NCBI GenBank assembly: GCA_045646345.1
Contig: JAZRKN010000011.1
Span: forward strand, 64,001-128,000
Origin: Candidatus Scatovivens sp.
GTDB taxonomy: Bacteria > Bacillota > Clostridia > TANB77 > CAG-508
Direction: 5' to 3'
Length of the DNA stretch: 64,000 nucleotides
Part shown: piece by piece, positions 13,001 through 22,840 of the stretch
Layout: every line of letters begins with the position of its first letter
How positions within the stretch are numbered: position 1 is the stretch's first letter
Notes under the pieces: model-generated
Database searches by the model: none
Told to the model about the DNA's origin: nothing
Seen by the model: only the letters and a program-made list of their open reading frames with translations
Program-made: the position numbers and the translations under genes

Positions 13001-13646
13001 TGTTACAAGCAAAGACAATAGCAAAACATATACAATTAGCTTTGGTTCTAAAATTAAAGTTAAAGATGGTGATGTATTAAAAGCCGGAGATCCAATTACA
13101 GAAGGATCTATCAACCCAGCTGATTTATTAGCTGTTAAAGGTGTTGAAGGTGTTTACACATATATCATTTCAGAAGTTCAAAAAGTTTATAGAAACCAAG
13201 GTGTTGATATCAATGACAAACACATTGAAGTAATTGCAAGACAAATGCTTAAAAAAGTTAGAATTGAAGATCCAGGAGATTCAGAATTCTATACAGCTTC
13301 ATTAGTTGACTTATTAGAAGTTGAATACAGAAATGAAGAATTAGTTGCTCAAGGTAAAAAACCAGCAACATTTAGAAGAGTATTACTTGGAATTACAAAA
13401 GCTTCTCTTGCTACAGAAAGTTTCTTATCTGCTGCATCATTCCAAGAAACAACAAAAGTATTAACAGAAGCAGCTATTAAAGGAAAAGTAGATAATTTAA
13501 TGGGATTAAAAGAAAATGTTATTATTGGTAAATTAATTCCTACAGGAACAGGATTAAAACGTTACCAAAACATTAGAATTAATACAGAAAAAAAATCTAC
13601 AGTAGAAGATGAAGTTGCAGAAGAAGTTGAAGCAACAGAAGAATAA
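10098..13646 (+). CDS. rpoC: RNA polymerase beta' subunit
   Basis: NADFDGDQM catalytic motif and zinc-binding cysteines; GTG start. Confidence 0.99.
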   Translation: MEELEVFNKLKIGLASDEKIREWSHGEVKKPETINYRTLKPEKDGLFCEKIFGPTKDWECHCGKYKRVRYKGIVCDRCGVEVTTAKVRRERMGHIELAAPIAHIWYFKGIPSRIGLLLDISPRSLEKVIYFASYIVTDKGTSGLLKCQVLTEKEYVEAEEKYGKGSFKAEMGAEAIKKLLAELDIEKLSAQLKKELAKASEQKRAKIIKRLDTVESFRVSENKPEWMVMNVVPVIPPELRPMVQLDGGRFATSDLNDLYRRVINRNNRLKRLLELGAPEIIVRNEKRMLQESVDALIDNGRRGRPVTGAGNRPLKSLSDMLKGKQGRFRQNLLGKRVDYSGRSVIVVGPELKIYQCGLPKEMAVELFKPFVMKELVGRGIAHNIKNAKRMVEKLRPEVWDTLEEVIQDHPVMLNRAPTLHRLGIQAFQPILVEGRAIKLHPLVCTAFNADFDGDQMAVHVPLTPEAIAEARYLMLSTNNLLKPQDGKPVTVPTQDMILGAYYLTLETEGEKGEGMYFKDEDEAMMAYQNGDVGLHARIKVRRFKTDEDGTVRSKTISTTVGRLIYNQGIPQDLGFVDRTDPEKEFDLEIDFPVIKKNLGKIVANCINVHGLSKTAEVLDYIKATGYKFSTKGAITVSVADVAVPEAKKDILAKADEDVSHVFRQYQRGMITNDERYDAIIKIWEKATSDVTEAMKTNFDELNPIYMMAQSGARGNMNQLRQIAGMRGLMANTSGKAVEIPVKSCFREGLDALEYFISAHGARKGLTDTALRTADSGYLTRRLVDVSQDIIIREPDCGSTRGIVLEDIKDGNQIIEPLEERLVGRYVIEDVVNPETKEVIVNPETMITDKIAKAIVKAGITQVTVRSILECRARHGACAKCYGMGLATREIVNEGESVGIIAAQSIGEPGTQLTMRTFHTGGVAGGDITQGLPRVEELFEARNPKGLAIITEIDGTVKINDEKKRKEVIVTSKDNSKTYTISFGSKIKVKDGDVLKAGDPITEGSINPADLLAVKGVEGVYTYIISEVQKVYRNQGVDINDKHIEVIARQMLKKVRIEDPGDSEFYTASLVDLLEVEYRNEELVAQGKKPATFRRVLLGITKASLATESFLSAASFQETTKVLTEAAIKGKVDNLMGLKENVIIGKLIPTGTGLKRYQNIRINTEKKSTVEDEVAEEVEATEE

Positions 13647-13653
13647 TACAAAT

Positions 13654-13688
13654 AAAAGAGTGAAGACAGATTGTTTTCACTCTTTTTT
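13654..13688 (+). terminator. Intrinsic terminator after rpoC
   Basis: aagagtgaagac...gttttcactc followed by a T-run. Confidence 0.85.
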
Positions 13689-13743
13689 GCGTTTTAAATA
13701 TAAAAAAAGGCGTAAAATAAAGCAAAAACAAGGGTTTACATAA

Positions 13744-13772
13744 TTGACACGGGTTGATTAGTGTGCTATAAT
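13744..13772 (+). promoter_or_regulatory. Consensus SigA promoter with extended -10
   Basis: TTGACA-17-TATAAT, with TG at 13764-13765. Confidence 0.8.
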
Positions 13773-13833
13773 AGATGTGTTAACTAATTGTTAACGTTGC
13801 AAGTGTTTCACATTCTCAGCAAGGGGGTTCTAT

Positions 13834-14886
13834 ATGATTACTGAAAAACGAGCATTACTACTGTCTTCCAGCAAACACATTTTGGAGTTCGTTAAGAACT
13901 TCGAGGCAATCAAGGTTATCGACTCTGTGAAGGAGATCGAGGATACCTGGCGCAAAAACAAAACGCCTATCTGCTTGAATTCTGTTTTTGAAGCAGAGCA
14001 GATGAATCTGCCGGAAGGTATTGATATTATTTTGTGGGTAGGGGAGGAATTTTTGTACGATCCTGAAAACTTTACGAGATTCTGCTACGAAAATGGTTTC
14101 GAATGCGGAGAATTTCGTACTGGCAAGGTCTACAATACCCACAAGGAGCGCTGCTTCCTGTGCGAGCTGGCACACCTGAAAGGTATGCCTAATTCCCTGG
14201 CTTATTACAACGAACATGTCGAAAAACCTGTGGATTGCATTATCTACGAGAGTCGGCTGTTTTATGTTGTATCAGAGTTGGGGGCAATTAAGCCTGGCTA
14301 TCTGATGATTGTGCCAAAGCAGCATATCTTATCTGTCGCACAGTTCCCTGAAGGATTTATGTCTGAGTATCATCAAGTTTGTGCTGATGTTGAGACAATC
14401 CTTAAAGGTGCGTACGGCAAAGATAAGGTTGTCGTGTTCTTTGAACACGGTTCTGGTCCTAGCGGAATGACATCTCATCCTAAGTCTATTGTACATGCTC
14501 ATACGCATGTTGTAGTAGATTTTCAGATTGAACCGAAGTATTTGGAACAGGTTCAGATGAAAAAGGTCGATAATATTTCCGTGGCCAAAAATGATCACTA
14601 TTTTTCTTACCAGGAATCTTCTGTCGGAGAACTGCTTGTATGTATGGACCCTGAAGTATACGTACAGCGTCAGTATCCGAGACAGATTATGGCAAAGGAA
14701 TATGGATTGGCGCCGGGACAGTATAACTGGCGTAACGTAGCGTTTTCCGAAAATGTCGATGCTCAGCTGTATAACATTTTTAGATATCTGACGTCTGAAG
14801 AGGAAACTATCAATGAGAGAATTCTTGACAGAACTGAAGGTTTCGTAACTGGTTATGCAGCAAGAGATGACTTTCCAAGTGTGTAA
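13834..14886 (+). CDS. HIT-superfamily nucleotide hydrolase-like protein with N-terminal extension
   Basis: CFLC, G(Y)LMIVPKQH, FFEHG and the HAHTHVV histidine triad; GC-richer than its neighbours. Confidence 0.75.
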   Translation: MITEKRALLLSSSKHILEFVKNFEAIKVIDSVKEIEDTWRKNKTPICLNSVFEAEQMNLPEGIDIILWVGEEFLYDPENFTRFCYENGFECGEFRTGKVYNTHKERCFLCELAHLKGMPNSLAYYNEHVEKPVDCIIYESRLFYVVSELGAIKPGYLMIVPKQHILSVAQFPEGFMSEYHQVCADVETILKGAYGKDKVVVFFEHGSGPSGMTSHPKSIVHAHTHVVVDFQIEPKYLEQVQMKKVDNISVAKNDHYFSYQESSVGELLVCMDPEVYVQRQYPRQIMAKEYGLAPGQYNWRNVAFSENVDAQLYNIFRYLTSEEETINERILDRTEGFVTGYAARDDFPSV

Positions 14887-14907
14887 GTAATGTAGGCAAC
14901 TAATGAC

Positions 14908-14943
14908 CGGCCACCCAAGAATTGGGTGGCTGAAGCCATTTTT
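14908..14943 (+). terminator. GC-rich hairpin/terminator after the HIT gene
   Basis: cggccacccaa-gaa-ttgggtggctg, then a T-run. Confidence 0.6.
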
Positions 14944-15038
14944 AAAGGAATTTGTTAGAGTATATTTATTGCAAAGATACTCTATTTATTATATAATACA
15001 AAAGGATTTAAAATAATATTTGCAAAGGAGCAAAATAT

Positions 15039-16193
15039 ATGAAAGATGAAATAAAATTACCAAATTATGAACATTGTATATTAAATACAATAACATCAGT
15101 ATTAAAATATTATAATGTTGAAACAAATCACAAATCATTAGAGGTTTTAGATAAAAAATTAGAAAAAAAATATAAAAATATAATCTTTTTAGTGTTAGAT
15201 GGTATGGGAGAACATATATTAAATAAATTATCTCCAGATGGATTCTTTTCAAGCAAAAAAGCTGATTGTGTAACATCTGTATATCCATCAACAACAACTG
15301 CAGCATTAACAACATATTATGCAGGAAAACCACCATATGAAACAGGATGGATTGCATGGTCTCAATATTTTAAAGAATATGGAAGAGCATTAGATATGCT
15401 ATCTCACAAAGAATCTTATTATAGAGAATCATTAAGAAAACCAAATTTAGATGTATTTGCAAAAGTAGTAAATTATGAAACAATCTTTGAAAGAATTGAA
15501 AAAGCATCACCAAATGTTAAAGCATATGAATTAGTTCCTTCATACTCAGATAAAAGATCAAAAAGAACTTACAGAGCAGATACTTTAGATGAAATAATAG
15601 ATGCAATTCATGACTTGACAAATTCAACTGGAGAAAGATTTATCTTTGGATATTGCGATAATCCAGATGCAACACTTCATAAATTTGGAGCATATTCAGA
15701 TGAGGCAAAAGAGTTTATTTTATCTGCAGAAGAAAAAATACAAAAAATGTGTGAAGAATTATCAGAGGATACATTAGTAATTATTTCAGCAGATCATGGA
15801 CATAAAGATATAGAAAAAGCATATACATTATTAGATTATCCAGAAATATTAGATTGTTTAATTATGCCAGCATCATTAGAATCTAGAGTTGTTGGATTCT
15901 GGGTAAAAGAAGAAATGAGAGAAGAATTTGTAGAAAGATTTAATAATGTTTTTGGTGAAGAATTCTGGTTAATGACAAGAGAAGAATTTTTAGAAAAGAA
16001 CTTTTTAGGTTTCGGAGAAAAGCATAAAAAGATTGATGAATTTATTGGAAATTATATTGCACTTTCAACTGGTGGAAGTATTATTAGATTAGAAACATTT
16101 TTAGTAGAAGGGAAACCAGTGAAAAAATCAACACACTGTGGTTTATCTAAAGAAGAAATGGAAGTACCAGTACTTATAATTTCAAAAGACTAA
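15039..16193 (+). CDS. Alkaline phosphatase superfamily protein (type I phosphodiesterase/nucleotide pyrophosphatase)
   Basis: LVLDGMG, SVYPSTT (Thr nucleophile), DxxxH, ISADHGH and HCGLSKEEMEVP motifs. Confidence 0.9.
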   Translation: MKDEIKLPNYEHCILNTITSVLKYYNVETNHKSLEVLDKKLEKKYKNIIFLVLDGMGEHILNKLSPDGFFSSKKADCVTSVYPSTTTAALTTYYAGKPPYETGWIAWSQYFKEYGRALDMLSHKESYYRESLRKPNLDVFAKVVNYETIFERIEKASPNVKAYELVPSYSDKRSKRTYRADTLDEIIDAIHDLTNSTGERFIFGYCDNPDATLHKFGAYSDEAKEFILSAEEKIQKMCEELSEDTLVIISADHGHKDIEKAYTLLDYPEILDCLIMPASLESRVVGFWVKEEMREEFVERFNNVFGEEFWLMTREEFLEKNFLGFGEKHKKIDEFIGNYIALSTGGSIIRLETFLVEGKPVKKSTHCGLSKEEMEVPVLIISKD

Positions 16194-16289
16194 GGTGATT
16201 AGAAAGTATAAGTATTGATTAAAGAAAAGTGATAGTATATAATTAAAAATATTATAAAACAATTAAATTTAATACAAGGAGATATTCAA

Positions 16290-16925
16290 ATGAAAAGTAA
16301 AAAAGCATTAATGATATCAATAATAGTTTTCGTGGTAGTTGCAATATTAGCACTATATTTAGTATTAAATAAAGGTCACATTGGAAATTTTAATTTAGTA
16401 TCATTAGAAGATGATGCAGAACAAATATTACCTAAATTAGAAATAAGTTTGGATAAACAATATATATCATCAAAAGATAGTAGTGATGTTGCTAAAATTA
16501 CAGCAACTATTGATGGAGAAAATGCAACAGAAAATGTAAAATATGAAGTATCAGATAGTAAAATTGTTGCAATAAACGAAAACAATGAAATAGTTCCGTT
16601 AAAAGATGGAAAAGTTGTTGTAAAAGGTACATATGATGGTATTGAGGCTGAAGCAAAAATCGAAGTAATAACACCAATAAAAACAATGTCTTTTACATCT
16701 ACAAACAGTACAATAAGAGTAGGTAAAGATTTACAATTAAAGCTAAAAGTAACACCATCAGATGCATCAATGTCAACACTAAAATACACAACTAGTGATG
16801 ATTCGATAGCAACTGTTAGTCCAAATGGTATAGTAACAGGAATTGCTCCTGGAAAAGTAACTATAACATTATTAGATGTATATACAGGGGTAGAAAAAAA
16901 GGTTAATTTAACAATAAAAAAATAG
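16290..16925 (+). CDS. Membrane-anchored protein with two Ig-like (Big_2) domains
   Basis: N-terminal TM helix; TSDDSIATVSPNGIVTGIAPGKVTIT motif. Confidence 0.85.
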   Translation: MKSKKALMISIIVFVVVAILALYLVLNKGHIGNFNLVSLEDDAEQILPKLEISLDKQYISSKDSSDVAKITATIDGENATENVKYEVSDSKIVAINENNEIVPLKDGKVVVKGTYDGIEAEAKIEVITPIKTMSFTSTNSTIRVGKDLQLKLKVTPSDASMSTLKYTTSDDSIATVSPNGIVTGIAPGKVTITLLDVYTGVEKKVNLTIKK

Positions 16926-16935
16926 GTTTGGAAAT

Positions 16936-16961
16936 GACTCTAGAAATAGAGTCTTTTTTTT
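16936..16961 (+). terminator. Intrinsic terminator
   Basis: gactcta-gaaa-tagagtc plus T-run. Confidence 0.85.
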
Positions 16962-17028
16962 ATAAAAAACTGATTTTACAAAAAGAATTATATGTTTACA
17001 TTTGTCTAAAGTATAAGTGGGGCTTTGC

Positions 17029-17057
17029 TTTACAGAAAAACGAAAATATGATATGAT
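17029..17057 (+). promoter_or_regulatory. SigA-like promoter
   Basis: TTTACA-17-TATGAT with extended TG. Confidence 0.5.
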
Positions 17058-17084
17058 ATTATAGGTAAAATTAGGAGTGATTTA

Positions 17085-18614
17085 ATGAGAAAAAGTATTT
17101 TTGATAAATTAGGAATTGATTTAAATTCATTAACAAAAGAAGAAAAAGGCTTTTTTAGAGGTTTTATAAATGAATATGGTAAAAATGTATATAAATACAA
17201 CAATCCAGTAACACAAAATTATTTCAACAATTTAATTGCTGCAATAATGCTTGAGTTTAATGGGGCATTTGAAAACTCTGATATAAGGACTTTATATAGA
17301 ATTAAATCTGCTAAAAGTGTAATAGATAAAATGCTTGAGTATTTTGGGAGAGATGATAAATTTATCTTAGAAGAAAATAATTTTGGAGAATTACAAAGGA
17401 GTTTAAAAGAAGATTTAAAAGATATGTTTGCTATGACAATAGTTGGTTGTAGTAGACCACCAATTTTATATTCAGATAATCCAGAAATTCAAGCTTTAAT
17501 AAAAGAACAAAATACAAATCATAGTATTTTAGCTGAAATGCAAAAATATAAATGTAGATTAACTGGTTCAGAATTTTCAAGTGGGAAAAAAAGCAGTTAT
17601 AAATTTGAAGGCAATAGAGACTTTGAAAGACTTTCAAAAGAAGAATACTATGTATATTGTATGAGTTTAATTGAAAGAATAAAATCATTGATAGATCCAA
17701 ACGCTAAAAAGTTACTAAAAAAATATGATGATATGTTAGATAGAATTAGAGAAAAAGTACCTGATTCTTTTACAAGTATTGCAGAACCATTTATTTTTGA
17801 AGATTCTATAGCTTATCCAAGAACAACATTTGATAAAAAACAAATTGTTTCTCAAATATCATCAAGCCGTATTTTAAAAATGGGAGATGACGCAAGAGAA
17901 CTAACAGAAATGAAACAGCCAATAAGTAAAGATGATGTAGAAGTAGTAGATTTTTTAGATTTAATTGATGATTTTTCGGCTAGGATTAATGACAAATTGG
18001 ATTTGCTAGTTCTTAGAAAACAAGTTGAAGCAACATTTGAAAATTCTGAATTATTAAAAAAATTTGGAGTAAGAATAAGTCCAAATAGTTTAAAGCAAAA
18101 AAGAACAGAAGATGGGTATGTTGCAGATTTTATATATATAGAAACACCTTTTGGAATAATTGAATTACAACTTCAAACGCAACATGAAAATCAAGAGGGA
18201 AGTTATGGATATGCTGCTCATGGTGATATGGAAGGTAAGAATTTAAAAGAATTTGATATTCCGGATTTAGAGAATGAAGCAGAACTAAAAGATTTTAGAA
18301 CTTGTGTAGAATTTGTTTCTGCCAAGAAATACATTGCTCAATTTGATAATGCTGAAAAAGCTCGTGTATTTATACAAGTTTTAGGTAAATATCAAAACTA
18401 TAAATCAATTATGACACAAGTTAAATCTGGATCTGAAGATGATAAAAGATTAACAGAATATTTTGCAAAACTATATAAATCAAGAAATGAGATATTCCCA
18501 GGAGAGGCAGAACAAGAAAGAATGGAATCTTTTATTTATTACGATATAGAAGAATATATGCAAAGTAAAGAATTTAAAAATATAGTAAATAGACAAAAAG
18601 AACAAGAGTTATAA
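17085..18614 (+). CDS. Divergent RelA/SpoT synthetase-domain protein with a large insertion
   Basis: RIKSAKSVIDK, DMFAMTIV, KRTEDGY, IELQLQT and GYAAH motifs in canonical order. Confidence 0.65.
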   Translation: MRKSIFDKLGIDLNSLTKEEKGFFRGFINEYGKNVYKYNNPVTQNYFNNLIAAIMLEFNGAFENSDIRTLYRIKSAKSVIDKMLEYFGRDDKFILEENNFGELQRSLKEDLKDMFAMTIVGCSRPPILYSDNPEIQALIKEQNTNHSILAEMQKYKCRLTGSEFSSGKKSSYKFEGNRDFERLSKEEYYVYCMSLIERIKSLIDPNAKKLLKKYDDMLDRIREKVPDSFTSIAEPFIFEDSIAYPRTTFDKKQIVSQISSSRILKMGDDARELTEMKQPISKDDVEVVDFLDLIDDFSARINDKLDLLVLRKQVEATFENSELLKKFGVRISPNSLKQKRTEDGYVADFIYIETPFGIIELQLQTQHENQEGSYGYAAHGDMEGKNLKEFDIPDLENEAELKDFRTCVEFVSAKKYIAQFDNAEKARVFIQVLGKYQNYKSIMTQVKSGSEDDKRLTEYFAKLYKSRNEIFPGEAEQERMESFIYYDIEEYMQSKEFKNIVNRQKEQEL

Positions 18615-18626
18615 ATACTTAGAAAT

Positions 18627-18655
18627 TTGACAATAACTAGGTTTAGTAGTATAAT
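18627..18655 (+). promoter_or_regulatory. Consensus SigA promoter of gdpP
   Basis: TTGACA-17-TATAAT. Confidence 0.75.
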
Positions 18656-18693
18656 TAAACTTGTAGTGATTTTATGTAAAGTAAGGAGAATTT

Positions 18694-20703
18694 ATGCCAA
18701 CCTCGAATAGTAAAATATTAGATAGGCTGACGAGTAAGAACATAATCTATATAATAATAATAGGTTTTTTGAGTATATCATTATGTTTGTATGATTTAAG
18801 ATGGATTATACCTTCAATATTCATATATATAGCAACAATAATATATACAATGTGGGTTTCTGGTAAGAAGAAGACTGAAATAGAAAACCATATTAAAGCT
18901 GTAACATCAGATGTTGATACAGCATCAAAAGGAAACCTTATTAATACTCCAATACCGCTTGTATTAATAGAAACAAATGGTAATATTATTTGGAGAAGTA
19001 AAAAATTCGTAACAGAATTTCAAAATATAGATATTGGAACTTATTTAAATCCAATAGTAAAAGAAATTAAGTTAGATATTGAGAAAAACGACGAACCAGT
19101 AGAGATATCAAAACAATTTAACATCGACAAAAAAATCTATAGAATTCGTGGAAGTGTTGTAAAAGCTAAGAAAAGAGATAAGAAAAAACAAAAAGAATAT
19201 ATTCTATCATTATATTTTATAAATGAAACAAAATATAATGAATTATTTGACCAATATAATAATTCAAAACCTTGTATAGGTATTGCAATGATTGATAACT
19301 ATGAAGATATCATTCAAAGAATTTTACCAGAAAAGAAAATTGAATTATTAGCCAAAATCGAAAAAGAAATAATCGATTGGGTAACAAGTACAGGTGGTTT
19401 AATAATAAAAACAGAAAGAGATACTTTCATCTATGTTTTTGAACAACAATATTTAGCTGAATTTGAAAAAGAAAAATTTAATATATTAGACAGAGTAAAA
19501 AATATAGATATTGATGACAAGATTCAAATAACATTAAGTATAGCAATCTCTACTGAAGGAAATAGCAATTATGAAAAATATAAATTAGCATTAGCTGCAA
19601 TGGAAATTGTACTAGGTAGAGGTGGAGATCAAGCTGTTGTTAGAAAAGATGGAAAATATAAATTCTATGGTGGAAAAACTTTAGAAGTTGAAAAAAGAAC
19701 TAAAGTTAAAGCAAGAACTATTTCACAATCAATTTCTAGAATTATCGAAGAATCTGATAATGTTGTAATTATGGGTCATAGAAATATAGATATAGATGCA
19801 TTTGGTGCAGCATTAGGATTATATAGATTGTCAAAAACATATGGAAAAGATTGCTTTATAGCGTCTGAACCTACAGGTAAATCTTTAGGTAAGTTTTTAG
19901 ATAAATTGAAATCTGAAGATGAATATAAAGATGTTATTTTAAATGAAGATGAGGCAATTGAAATTATTAGTAAGAATACATTATTAATAATAGTAGATAC
20001 TCATAAAACTTCATATGTAGAATTTCCAGAATTATTAAATAAAATTGATAGAAAAATTATAATAGATCATCATAGAAAAGCTCCTGACTGTATTGAGAAT
20101 GTATTAATTTCATTCCATGAAGTTTATGCATCATCTACAGCAGAACTTGTAACTGAAATTATTCAATATTCTAAAGAAGATATAACATTAAACTTAATAG
20201 AAGCTGAAAGTCTATACGGTGGAATTATGGTTGATACAAAAGACTTTACTTTTAAAACAGGTGTAAGAACATTTGAAGCTGCAGCATATTTAAGAAAATA
20301 TGGTGTAGATATAATAAGAGTAAAGAAATGGTTTCAAGCAGACCTTGAAAGCTATAATATGATTGCAAATATAGTTAAAAGCGTAGAAATTCATAATGAC
20401 ACTATTGCTGTTGCAGTATATGAAGAGGAAGATGAAAATGCTAACTTGATTTGTGCTAAAGCGGCAGATGAACTTTTAACAATAAGTGACATAACAGCAT
20501 CTTTTGTAATGGCTAAGATGGGAGAAAAAGTTTGTATCAGTGGACGTTCAATAGGAGATATAAATGTACAACTTATATTAGAAAAAATGGGTGGTGGAGG
20601 ACACATCACTTTAGCTGGAGCTCAACTTGAAGGATTTTCTCTTGAAGATGCCAAAGATGAACTTATTATTAGAATTAATGAATATTTATTAGAAATAGAA
20701 TAA
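18694..20703 (+). CDS. gdpP: Cyclic-di-AMP phosphodiesterase
   Basis: Two TM helices, PAS-like region, degenerate GGDEF (RGGDQA), DHH, DHHA1 (GGGGH); upstream of rplI-dnaB. Confidence 0.95.
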   Translation: MPTSNSKILDRLTSKNIIYIIIIGFLSISLCLYDLRWIIPSIFIYIATIIYTMWVSGKKKTEIENHIKAVTSDVDTASKGNLINTPIPLVLIETNGNIIWRSKKFVTEFQNIDIGTYLNPIVKEIKLDIEKNDEPVEISKQFNIDKKIYRIRGSVVKAKKRDKKKQKEYILSLYFINETKYNELFDQYNNSKPCIGIAMIDNYEDIIQRILPEKKIELLAKIEKEIIDWVTSTGGLIIKTERDTFIYVFEQQYLAEFEKEKFNILDRVKNIDIDDKIQITLSIAISTEGNSNYEKYKLALAAMEIVLGRGGDQAVVRKDGKYKFYGGKTLEVEKRTKVKARTISQSISRIIEESDNVVIMGHRNIDIDAFGAALGLYRLSKTYGKDCFIASEPTGKSLGKFLDKLKSEDEYKDVILNEDEAIEIISKNTLLIIVDTHKTSYVEFPELLNKIDRKIIIDHHRKAPDCIENVLISFHEVYASSTAELVTEIIQYSKEDITLNLIEAESLYGGIMVDTKDFTFKTGVRTFEAAAYLRKYGVDIIRVKKWFQADLESYNMIANIVKSVEIHNDTIAVAVYEEEDENANLICAKAADELLTISDITASFVMAKMGEKVCISGRSIGDINVQLILEKMGGGGHITLAGAQLEGFSLEDAKDELIIRINEYLLEIE

Positions 20704-20906
20704 ATTTTAAAAGAGGCAATATTTTTTATTATTGCTTCTTTTTTTATAGAAAAAACGATATATAAAAATAATTAGAAGATTAACAGATAAAACTTGATGT
20801 ATAGCTAAATTTTGCTTGAAATTTGGAGTAAAATGTTATACAATACATTAGCGAAATTATAAATAATTATAATTTATAAAATAAATTTCGAAGGGAGATT
20901 TATGGA

Positions 20907-21356
20907 ATGAAAGTTATTTTAAAACAAGACATAAAAGGAGTAGGAAAAAAAGATCAAGTAATAAACGCAGCAGATGGATATGCAAGAAATTTCTTATTAC
21001 CAAAAGGATTAGCTGTTCCAGCAGATAGTGGAAATATGAATAATCTAAAAGCAAAAAATGAATCGGTAGCTTATAGAAAAGGCGAAGATTTAAAAGAAGC
21101 TAAAGAAATAGCAGAAAAAATGAAAAAAATAACTGTAAAAATAGAAGTTAAGGCAGGAGAAAATGGAAAACTATTTGGAGGAGTAACTTCTAAAGAAATT
21201 GCAGAAGCCCTAAAAAAAGATTTTAATATTGATGTTGATAAGAAAAAAGTGCTTTTATCAGAAACTATTAAAGTTGCTGGATGCACAAAAGTAGATATAA
21301 GATTAAACGAAGGAGTTATGGCATCAGTACAAGTTATGGTTGTACCAAAACAATAA
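20907..21356 (+). CDS. rplI: 50S ribosomal protein L9
   Basis: MKVIL...GYARNFLLPKG and GKLFG motifs. Confidence 0.99.
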   Translation: MKVILKQDIKGVGKKDQVINAADGYARNFLLPKGLAVPADSGNMNNLKAKNESVAYRKGEDLKEAKEIAEKMKKITVKIEVKAGENGKLFGGVTSKEIAEALKKDFNIDVDKKKVLLSETIKVAGCTKVDIRLNEGVMASVQVMVVPKQ

Positions 21357-21377
21357 TGTTTAAAAGAGGGATGTAAG

Positions 21378-22718
21378 ATGGAACTAGGAAAAGTACCGCC
21401 ACATGACATAGAAGCAGAACAAGCTGTTTTGGGTTCTATGTTAACTGACAAAGAAGCAGTTTTTAGTGCGTTAGAGCTTTTAAAGGAAGATGCTTTTTAC
21501 AGAGAAGATAATAGAGCAATATTTGCAGCAATAGTTAGTTTATATGCCAAGAGTGAACCAATAGATATTATAACTGTAAAAGCAGAATTAACTGAATCTG
21601 GGAATTTTGAAAGAATAGGAGGTCTTGAATATTTAGCAAGCCTTCCAGAAAGAGTTCCTACAACTGCCAATGTAGATAAATACATTAAAATAGTTGAAGA
21701 AAAAGCTTTAATGAGAAATTTAATATTAACAGCGAACGACTTGATATCTTTAGGTTATGATGAAACTGAAGATGTTGAGAGAGTTATGGATATGGCTGAG
21801 AAGAAAGTGTTTGAATTAACTCAAAAGAAAAACACAAAAGGTTATACAGCTATTAAAGATGTTTTAGTTGAAACTTTTGCAAAACTTGAAGAATTATGCA
21901 ATCAAAAAGGAAAACTAAGTGGAACATCAACTGGGTTTGCAGATTTAGATTTGAAAACTTCAGGACTTCATGATTCAGATTTATTAATAGTAGCAGCAAG
22001 ACCTGCGATGGGTAAATCAGCATTTGCAATTAATATAGCAACAAACGTAGCTCTTCAAAGTGGAAAAGGTGTTGCGATATTTAACCTAGAGATGTCTAAA
22101 GACCAAGTTGGTAACAGAATTTTGTGCAGTGAGGCTTTAATTGATAGTAATAAAGTAAGATCTGGACAATTAGATGATGATGACTGGGTAAAACTTGCTT
22201 CTACATTAGGAAGACTTTCTGAAGCACCTATTTACATAGATGATACTGCTGGTATTTCAATCATGGAAATTCGTGCTAAGTGTAGAAAATTAAAAATAGA
22301 GAAAGATATTGGTTTAGTCGTAATAGACTACTTACAACTTATTCAAGGTAGTGGTGGAAAAAATTCTAGCCGTGAGCAAGAAATTGCTGAGATCAGTAGA
22401 TCTTTAAAGATTCTTGCAAAAGAGCTTAATATTCCTGTAATTGCGCTTTCACAATTGTCTCGTAGTGTTGAAAAAAGAGATGATAAAAGACCAATGCTAT
22501 CAGACTTAAGAGAGTCTGGTTCTATAGAGCAAGATGCCGACATTGTAATTTTCCTTTATAGAGACGATTATTATAATGAAGATAGTGAAAAGAAAAATGT
22601 TGCCGAGGTTATTTTGGCTAAACATAGAGGAGGTTCAACAGGTACTGTAGATTTAGCTTGGCTTCCAAGTTATACAAAATTTGCGAATTTAGAAAGAAGA
22701 TACTTTGAAGAATCTTAA
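21378..22718 (+). CDS. dnaB: Replicative DNA helicase
   Basis: ARPAMGKS, IDYLQL and SDLRESGSIEQDAD motifs. Confidence 0.99.
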   Translation: MELGKVPPHDIEAEQAVLGSMLTDKEAVFSALELLKEDAFYREDNRAIFAAIVSLYAKSEPIDIITVKAELTESGNFERIGGLEYLASLPERVPTTANVDKYIKIVEEKALMRNLILTANDLISLGYDETEDVERVMDMAEKKVFELTQKKNTKGYTAIKDVLVETFAKLEELCNQKGKLSGTSTGFADLDLKTSGLHDSDLLIVAARPAMGKSAFAINIATNVALQSGKGVAIFNLEMSKDQVGNRILCSEALIDSNKVRSGQLDDDDWVKLASTLGRLSEAPIYIDDTAGISIMEIRAKCRKLKIEKDIGLVVIDYLQLIQGSGGKNSSREQEIAEISRSLKILAKELNIPVIALSQLSRSVEKRDDKRPMLSDLRESGSIEQDADIVIFLYRDDYYNEDSEKKNVAEVILAKHRGGSTGTVDLAWLPSYTKFANLERRYFEES

Positions 22719-22840
22719 AATTAAAATGAAATTGGGGCGCTAGTAAAAAATGAATCTTTAAAATCTTAGAGATTTTACTAGCGTCTTTTATTTAATAAAG
22801 AATATGATTTTATATTTAAAAAATATAAAAGGAGAGATAT

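Noticed and set aside
6190-13646. Alternative genetic code
   Set aside because: AGG encodes conserved Arg (GAERVVV, LGKRVDY) and conserved genes translate fully under code 11.
21378-22718. Intein or intron in dnaB
   Set aside because: Length and motif spacing are normal.
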